DNA from: Zygophlyctis sp. KS116
Taxonomy: Eukaryota; Fungi; Chytridiomycota
Assembly (NCBI GenBank): GCA_054661495.1
Contig: BAAFSQ010000498.1
Location: 1 to 5,168, forward strand
Direction of reading: 5' to 3'
Length of the DNA: 5,168 bases
How positions within the stretch are numbered: position 1 is the first letter of the stretch; every line of letters starts with the position of its first letter. Positions 1 through 5,168 of the stretch are shown one piece after another. Made by a program: the position numbers and the translations under genes. The notes beneath the pieces were generated by a model. That model saw nothing but the letters and a program-made list of their open reading frames with translations, did no database searches and was not told the origin of the DNA.

Positions 1-830
1 AACGTTTCTGTTCAACTATGAAGGATGGATCGAATGGTTTGAAAGCGGCTACTCTCAAGGCTGACAATTACTACAAAAGCCTACAAGATCAATTTGCTGG
101 CAACGACGAAATAGATGAACTCTTATATAGTCCCGAACAGTTGCCTGAAGTTTATTCGGGTTGTAGAGAAGAAAGTGAAATTGAGTTAGTTGTGGATAAA
201 TATCACTTCCCTGATTATAAATGGCCCGCTGGTTTGAAAGATGGTGATGTGTACCAGGTTAAAGAGAAGGAATACCGTTGCACTGATGAACATCATGTTC
301 ATGACCATGATCCTGATCAACTCAAACTTCCAGCAGACTACTCTGTTCACTTCACTCGTGGATTGGGTAATACTCTCCGTATATTTTTCCAATATGCATA
401 TGGACTCGCCGAAACCCCTGGCTTTAATGATACTAATGTTCCTCCAACCGGCCCAGTCTCAGAGTTCTTCTTCTTCAATCTTTTTGAAGCCACGGAGCGT
501 GAAGCAGTTGAAGGAATTTCTAAACTCCGTGAAATTCTGAAAGATGATTTATTGGTAAAATATGCTTCATCAAAGACGGCATTTAATGCAACATATATCG
601 TAACCATTGTATATGTGATTGGATTATTTGCTTGGATCTTTGAAAGCGCAAAGAGAGATTTAGCCCGTGAAATTCAACATAATCGTGGAATCATATTTAT
701 GATCCCAATTACTGTCATTTCAAAGAGTAAGCCAATCGTGGAATATGTAGAGAGAGTTTTGCAGGAATTGATAGGATAGCCGACTTTTAATAAATTGTCT
801 GGGATAATTAAAGTGTATGAGTAGATTCAG
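1..830 (+). repeat. Left arm of a long inverted repeat (partner 4334-5168); probably continues beyond the window
   Basis: Position i pairs with 5169-i as reverse complement through the coding part, with no indels in 1-779. Homology continues through the 3' UTR to ...gagtagattcag (830). The right arm has an extra 5 nt (gagtagatTAGATtcag). Confidence 0.98.
3..779 (+). CDS. 5'-truncated C-terminal part of a receptor-like membrane protein, paralog A (putative ectodomain, TM helix, short tail; resembles the C-termini of TmcB/TmcC-like multi-pass proteins)
   Basis: The frame is open from the window edge (RFCST-MKDG...) to TAG at 777-779. There is a hydrophobic helix TYIVTIVYVIGLFAWIF (aa ~192-208 counting from Met at 18) and a tail LAREIQHNRGIIFMIPITVI. 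Many differences from paralog B are synonymous, supporting coding constraint. The family assignment is from recalled motif resemblance only. Confidence 0.8.
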   Translation, partial: RFCSTMKDGSNGLKAATLKADNYYKSLQDQFAGNDEIDELLYSPEQLPEVYSGCREESEIELVVDKYHFPDYKWPAGLKDGDVYQVKEKEYRCTDEHHVHDHDPDQLKLPADYSVHFTRGLGNTLRIFFQYAYGLAETPGFNDTNVPPTGPVSEFFFFNLFEATEREAVEGISKLREILKDDLLVKYASSKTAFNATYIVTIVYVIGLFAWIFESAKRDLAREIQHNRGIIFMIPITVISKSKPIVEYVERVLQELIG

Positions 831-853
831 GTGTGTGGCTCTCATTGACTGAA

Positions 854-2213
854 ATGGGAGGAATTCTGTCTTGTTTAGTGTCCCAAAGCCTTTGTTGCAT
901 CGGGTCGAATGCTCTCTCATGCTGCTGTAAATGTTTTAATTCTTCTTCTGTTTCTACCAGAATTGGATATGCATTAATGTTTCTCTTAACTGCAACTCTA
1001 TCCTTTGTGTCTCTACTTCCTCAAGTGACTTTACAGATCAATCAAGTGCTAAAGATAAATTGTCTCGAATGCGTTGGAATTCTTTCGGTCTATAGGATAT
1101 GCGCCACCAATTGTATTGTACATTTCTGTCTTTGCTTGCTAATGATTGGCGTTGAATCTTCAAAAGATGCTAGATCTAAACTTCAGAATGGATTTTGGTC
1201 TCTCAAACTGTTTCTATGGATTTGCATACTAGGCCTTAGCATGTATGTCCCTAATCAGGTTTTTATCGGTATTGGAAAATATTTGGACATTCCTGGTGCA
1301 TTTCTATTCATTCTAGTTCAAGTAAATAGTTTTATTTAATTATTTCTAGGTTATACTACTGATTGATTTTGCTTATAATGTATCAGAAAATTTATTAGGA
1401 TTATGGGAAAATACTGAAGATAAGAGATACCTATATATATTATTGGGTATTACTAGTATATCAATACTTTTTACTATAGTGATAACTAGTCTTGGTATTG
1501 AATTTTAGATTTTTCTAATATATTATAGGGTATGCATGGTTTGGAAGTTCAAAATGTCAATTAAATCAATTTTTTATCACATTTAATTGGATATTTTGCC
1601 TTTTGGCTCTACTATTAAGTATAACTCCAAAAATCCAAGAACATAATCCAAAAGCTGGAATGTCTCAATCTTCAATGGTACTTTACAATCTAAATATTCT
1701 AGGTTATAATATATTCTACCTATTTGATTGCATCTGCAATCTCATCTGAACCACCAGGAGAAAATAAATGTGGTCCAGAAGTACATAATTCAAATACACA
1801 AACTTCAACTGTTTTAATGGGATCATTTTTTACTTTTTTAGCCTTGGCATATTCTACTTCTAGTACTGCAACTCAACATTCTAGTTTTTCAAGAGAAGAA
1901 ACACCTCTTTTAAATGATAATTCTGAAGAAATGGTTGATGATGAAACTCTTGGAGTCGTATATAATTACTCATTTTTCCATTTTGTATTTATTATTGGAT
2001 CAATGTATTTAGCAATGCTACTTACAAATGTATTTTTTATTTTTTTTAAATTTATAGTGGAACACTGTAAGCATCTCTGAATTAGGAGACTACTACATGG
2101 AAAAGAGTATAACAGCTGTTTGGGTCAAGATTATTTCGAGTTGGTGTGTGTTAATACTCTATTGTTGGACATTGGTTGCTCCCATGGTATTACCAGAGAG
2201 GACATGGGAATGA
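854..2213 (+). CDS. TMS1: SERINC/TMS1 family (serine incorporator, TDE) multi-pass membrane protein, ~414 aa; exons 854-1321, 1350-1494, 1529-1677, 1703-2029, 2058-2213
   Basis: Family motifs: Cys-rich N-terminus MGGILSCLVSQSLCCIG..CCCKC..STRIGY, SVYRIC, SSKDARSKLQNGFW, FILVQ|VILLIDFAY, PKIQEHNPKAGMSQSSM|VIIYSTYL, YNYSFFHFVFIIGSMYLAMLLTN|W, and WVKIISSWCVLILYCWTLVAPMVLPER. Removing four GT-AG introns gives a continuous 1245-nt frame ending in TGA. Confidence 0.93.
1322..1349 (+). other. Spliceosomal intron, 28 nt (SERINC intron 1)
   Basis: gtaaatag...tatttctag; removal joins FILVQ to VILLIDFAY. Confidence 0.9.
1495..1528 (+). other. Spliceosomal intron, 34 nt (SERINC intron 2)
   Basis: gtattg...ttttCTAATatattatag with a branch-like CTAAT at 1515; removal restores G-YAWFGSSKC. 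Confidence 0.85.
1678..1702 (+). other. Spliceosomal intron, 25 nt (SERINC intron 3)
   Basis: gtactttacaatctaaatattctag; removal joins QSSM to VIIYSTYL. Confidence 0.88.
2030..2057 (+). other. Spliceosomal intron, 28 nt (SERINC intron 4)
   Basis: gtatttttt...tttatag; removal restores the conserved MLLTN-W. Confidence 0.9.
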
Positions 2214-2315
2214 TTTGAATTGTAAATTTCTAAAACTAATTTGAGAAATATTTGAGAGTTTTGAGTAAAAACTTTTTGAGCAACAAATTTTTCTTTAAAA
2301 AAATATTTTTTTTGA
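2214..2315 (+). promoter_or_regulatory. AT-rich SERINC 3' end / YTM1 promoter region with four TTTGAG copies and an RRPE-like AAATTTTT
   Basis: This is the only intergenic gap over 100 bp. TTTGAG occurs at 2240, 2251, 2260 and 2275, AAATTTTT at 2285-2292, and an A7-TA-T7 palindrome at 2297-2312. The function is inferred from position. Confidence 0.4.
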
Positions 2316-3523
2316 ATGGAATCTCAAATTCTAGTTTCTTTCAAGTCTCGATCACCAGAGTATACAATCCCAGAGACTCCGATCCTAGTACCAACTAAAT
2401 TAAAAAGATTCGGACTCTCAGAAATCATCAATGTTTGTCTAGGAAATCAAGTTAAAGTTCCATTTGATTTTTTGATTCAAAATCAAATTCTAAAGACTTC
2501 GATTGAAGTATATCTCTCAAATTCTTGTCTCTCTAGAGAAACTACTCTAGAAATCGAATACATTCAGTCAATTCTGCCTCCAAAATTGAATAAATCTATT
2601 ACACATGATGATTGGATCTCTAGTATTGACTCAAAGGATGAATTATTTTTAACGGGATGCTATGATAAATTAGCTAGAATTTTGGACTCTAGAGGAAATA
2701 TTCTTTCAACTTTAAGCGGGCATTCAAAACCTATAAAATCTGTTTTATTTTTGCAACAAGACTATTGTTTAACTGGAGGACAAGATTCAAAGATTTTACT
2801 TCATAACCTTAAAAACTCAAAAGTAGAATCTGAATTTGCAGGGAATGCAAGTATAGAGTCTTTAAAAAATTTGGATAATTTAAAATTTGTGGCTGGAGAT
2901 TCTTTAGGGAAAATTCAGCTATTTTCGCCTGAAATTCAAGAATTTTCACAAACCAAGAGATCAAGTAAAAAATTAAAGTTGGATTCTGTAATTCCAGTTC
3001 AAAAATCTATTCAAGAATTTTCATTGCATTCAGGAATTGTTTCAGGACTAGAATATAATCAGAAAAATAATCAATTGTTTTCATCTGGGCATGATCATTC
3101 ATTAAGAGTATGGGATTTAGAAACTGCTTCAAATATATCAAGTATGAATGCACAAGTTCCATTTTTAAGCTTAAAGTTATCTAAAGACTCTTTGATTCTT
3201 TCTGGTCATTCTGATAATATAATTAGAATGTGGGATTCTAGATCAAATGGTAATTTTTTATATTAAAAGTATTAGATTGTATTTCTAAATTTCATGGACA
3301 TTCTAATTGGGTCTCTTCAGTTGATTGGTCTCCAAATATAGTTTTTCATTTTGCTAGTGCATCTTTTGATGGATCTGTTAAAGTCTGGGATATTAGATCT
3401 CAATCATACATGTTTAATTGCTCTTCTAACCAAGAAAAATATTTAGCTCTTGATTGGTCTGGAGAGTTGATTTCGGCTGGTGGTCAAGGGGAAAAATTGG
3501 AATTTTTTAAATCAAATGAATAA
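2316..3523 (+). CDS. YTM1: Ribosome biogenesis protein Ytm1/WDR12 (NLE ubiquitin-like domain plus WD40 repeats), ~393 aa; exons 2316-3249, 3276-3523
   Basis: N-terminal NLE-type motifs IPETPILVPTKLKRFGLSEIIN, VPFDFLI and LSRETTLEIEYI are followed by HDDWISSI, LTGCYD, GHDHSLRVWD and GHSDNIIRMWDSR. After a 26-nt intron the frame continues HGHSNWVSSVDWSP...ASASFDGSVKVWDIRS...LALDWS..ISAGG to TAA at 3521-3523. Confidence 0.93.
3250..3275 (+). other. Spliceosomal intron, 26 nt (YTM1 intron)
   Basis: gtaattttttatattaaaagtattag; removal is needed to reach the last WD40 repeats. An alternative in-frame AAG acceptor lies at 3269. Confidence 0.85.
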
Positions 3524-3545
3524 AACTTCTTTGAGTCATTGGGAA

Positions 3546-4285
3546 ATGAATGAGAAATTGAGATTACTGTCCATGGCAAAGGAAAAATCCACTGATTCCT
3601 TTTCCAAACAAAACAATTTAATCATAAAGTAAGGATTTTAGAGTTGATACTCTAGGACAAATGCAAAATACGCTGCAATCATACGAAAGCAGGAAGAAAG
3701 TATTCATGATTACAAGCATTTAGTTTACTTGTATAAAGTAGAGATCACTTCTCTCAAGTCCGATTACACTAAAAGAGAATCTGAATTCAATAGTCTAAAG
3801 GAATCGTTAAAAAAAGGAATTCTAAAGTCTCAATCAACTGCAAAGGAATTATTGGACAGTTTGAATGATTTATTACAACTTTTGATTCAAAAGCCTGATA
3901 TAATTGTAGAAAAAATTGTCAAAAAGGATACCAAAAAGGATTCAAAATCGTATTTACTTTTATCTTACAAATAGAAAATGGATTAAAAAACCTTCTGATG
4001 TCATAAGTATCATTTATGAATGCCCAGAGCCTCAGGAACTGAAAACTGATACGATAAAATGTAACTATGGTGATTCACCCGATCAACATGATCACAAGAA
4101 AAGTAATTCTTGTACAAAAATACCATCGCCACCAAAATCTGTGGAAAGTGATGATAGTCTTTCAAGCTCTAGGGTTCGGACAAGAAATCCTGTATCATAC
4201 ACTCTACCCAGTTTAAGATCAAAATTGAGAAAAGGTAAATTTAAAAAGATAAGTCTAAGGGGACCGGTATACGATTTCACAATAA
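3546..4285 (+). CDS. SGO1: Shugoshin (Sgo1-like), ~211-220 aa; exons 3546(or 3573)-3628, 3656-3949, 3975-4234, 4260-4285
   Basis: The spliced N-terminus FSKQNNLIIKTNAKYAAIIRKQEESI resembles the shugoshin coiled coil (QN.ELAK.N). The C-terminal basic SGO motif is RVRTRNPVSYTLPSLRSKLRKG|DRYT, and removing a 25-nt intron restores the KLRxGD ending. The start is ambiguous between in-frame ATGs at 3546 and 3573. Confidence 0.82.
3629..3655 (+). other. Spliceosomal intron, 27 nt (shugoshin intron 1)
   Basis: gtaagg...ctctag; retention gives an in-frame TAA, and removal gives QNNLIIK-TNAK. Confidence 0.8.
3950..3974 (+). other. Spliceosomal intron, 25 nt (shugoshin intron 2)
   Basis: gtatttacttttatcttacaaatag; removal links the frames of ORFs 3729-3974 and 3916-4308. 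Confidence 0.82.
4235..4259 (+). other. Spliceosomal intron, 25 nt (shugoshin intron 3)
   Basis: gtaaatttaaaaagataagtctaag; removal yields KLRKGDRYTISQ*. Confidence 0.7.
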
Positions 4286-4333
4286 ATCTTAATTCGCCTT
4301 TCAAATAATACCACTTATAAGTCTAAGATACAG

Positions 4334-5168
4334 CTGAATCTAATCTACTCATACTCTTTAATTATCCCAGACAATTTATTAAAAGTCACCTATCCTATCA
4401 ATTCCTGCAAAACTCTCTCTACATATTCCACGATTGGCTTACTCTTTGAAATGACAGTAATTGGGATCATAAATATGATTCCACGATTATGTTGAATTTC
4501 ACGGGCTAAATCTCTCTTTGCGCTTTCAAAGATCCAAGCAAATAATCCAATCACATATACAATGGTTACGATATATGTCGCGTTAAATGCCGTTTTTGAT
4601 GAAGCATATTGAGCCAATAAATCATCTTTCAGAATTTCACGGAATCTTGTAATTCCTTCAACTGCTTCACGCTCTGTGGCTTCAAAAAGGTTGAAGAAAA
4701 AGAACTCTGAGACTGGGCCGGTTGGAGGAACATTAGTATCATTAAAGCCGGTGGTTTCAGCAAGTCCATATGCATATTGGAAAAATATACGGAGAGAATT
4801 ACCCAATCCACGAGTAAAATGAACAGAGTAGTCTTCTGGGAGAAGCAATTCGTAAGGATCATGGTCATGAACATGATGTTCATCAGTGCAACGGTATTCC
4901 TTCTCTTTAACCTTGTAGACATCACCATCTTTCAGATCCGAAGGCCATTTATAATCTTGGAAGTGATCTTTATCCACTACCAATTCTATTTCACTTTCTT
5001 CTCTACAACCCGAATAAACTTCAGACAATTGTTCAGGACTATATAAGAGTTCATCTATTTCGTTGTTGCCAGCAAATTTATCTTGAAGACGTTTGTAGTA
5101 ATTGTCAGCCTTGAGAGTAGCCGCTTTCAAACCATTCGATCCATCCTTCATAGTTGAACAGAAACGTT
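4334..5168 (-). repeat. Right arm of the long inverted repeat (partner 1-830)
   Basis: The reverse complement of the window end (aacgtttctgttcaactatgaaggatgg...) equals the window start. The arm is 835 bp versus 830 bp because of a 5-bp microduplication near 4340. Confidence 0.98.
4390..5166 (-). CDS. 5'-truncated C-terminal part of a receptor-like membrane protein, paralog B (233/253 aa identical to paralog A)
   Basis: The ORF 4390-5151 is open to the window edge. It has 20 aa differences from paralog A, all within aa 21-181, and the last 72 aa are identical. Confidence 0.8.
   Translation of the reverse strand, partial: RFCSTMKDGSNGLKAATLKADNYYKRLQDKFAGNNEIDELLYSPEQLSEVYSGCREESEIELVVDKDHFQDYKWPSDLKDGDVYKVKEKEYRCTDEHHVHDHDPYELLLPEDYSVHFTRGLGNSLRIFFQYAYGLAETTGFNDTNVPPTGPVSEFFFFNLFEATEREAVEGITRFREILKDDLLAQYASSKTAFNATYIVTIVYVIGLFAWIFESAKRDLAREIQHNRGIIFMIPITVISKSKPIVEYVERVLQELIG

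Noticed and set aside
1-830. The inverted repeat is purely a chimeric or fold-back artefact
   Set aside because: The arms differ at about 52 codon-structured positions plus UTR changes and a 5-bp indel, whereas an artefact would be essentially identical. A misjoin through the 189-bp identical tract cannot be fully excluded.
186-920. Small alternative-frame or antisense ORFs 186-392, 241-540, 347-607 and 720-920
   Set aside because: These are shadows of the real CDSs with no recognisable motifs. Their recurrence in the other arm simply reflects the repeat.
833-2080. ORFs 833-1339 and 1724-2080 as separate genes or a SERINC pseudogene
   Set aside because: They are exons of one intact gene once four short introns are removed. 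The likely start is ATG 854 rather than GTG 833.
3729-4308. ORFs 3729-3974 and 3916-4308 as two genes or a programmed frameshift
   Set aside because: A 25-nt GT-AG intron (3950-3974) explains the frame change within shugoshin.
831-4333. IR-core-IR centromere of the Komagataella or Candida tropicalis type
   Set aside because: The geometry and AT trough are reminiscent, but the core is filled with intact genes and has no long non-coding stretch.
4092-5046. ORFs 4092-4304(-), 4629-4928(-) and 4777-5046(+)
   Set aside because: These are antisense or out-of-frame shadows of shugoshin and paralog B.
1-5168. DNA transposon or composite element with long terminal inverted repeats
   Set aside because: There is no transposase or recombinase. 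The arms are coding sequence of a membrane protein running off the window, the cargo is conserved housekeeping genes, and target-site duplications cannot be assessed.
1-5168. Prokaryotic or phage origin, CRISPR array, tRNA/rRNA, or a ciliate alternative code
   Set aside because: The genes are eukaryote-specific and have spliceosomal introns. No spaced repeats or RNA-gene signatures were seen, and all three stop codons terminate genes at the expected positions.

Overview
This is eukaryotic DNA from a very compact, AT-rich genome using the standard genetic code with tiny GT-AG introns. An early-diverging fungus such as a chytrid is plausible, but that is inference. The window is a large inverted repeat: arm L (1-830) and arm R (4334-5168) each encode the C-terminal ~258 aa of a membrane-protein paralog, and the two genes converge tail-to-tail. 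The arms enclose a 3.5-kb unique cassette of three tightly packed + strand genes that the ORF track fragments: SERINC/TMS1 (854-2213, 5 exons), YTM1/WDR12 (2316-3523, 2 exons) and a very short shugoshin (3546 or 3573 to 4285, 4 exons). Together these genes have 8 introns of only 25-34 nt. Arm identity is mosaic. By manual alignment, 1-77 is 100% identical, 78-590 is ~10% divergent (about 52 substitutions, no indels, 20 aa changes, all before the TM helix), and 591-779 is 100% identical (TM helix plus tail). This suggests an invertible or gene-converting locus carrying two alternative ectodomain versions of one receptor-like protein. The exact 77-bp terminal identity also suggests a k=77 assembly contig whose outer arms collapsed.
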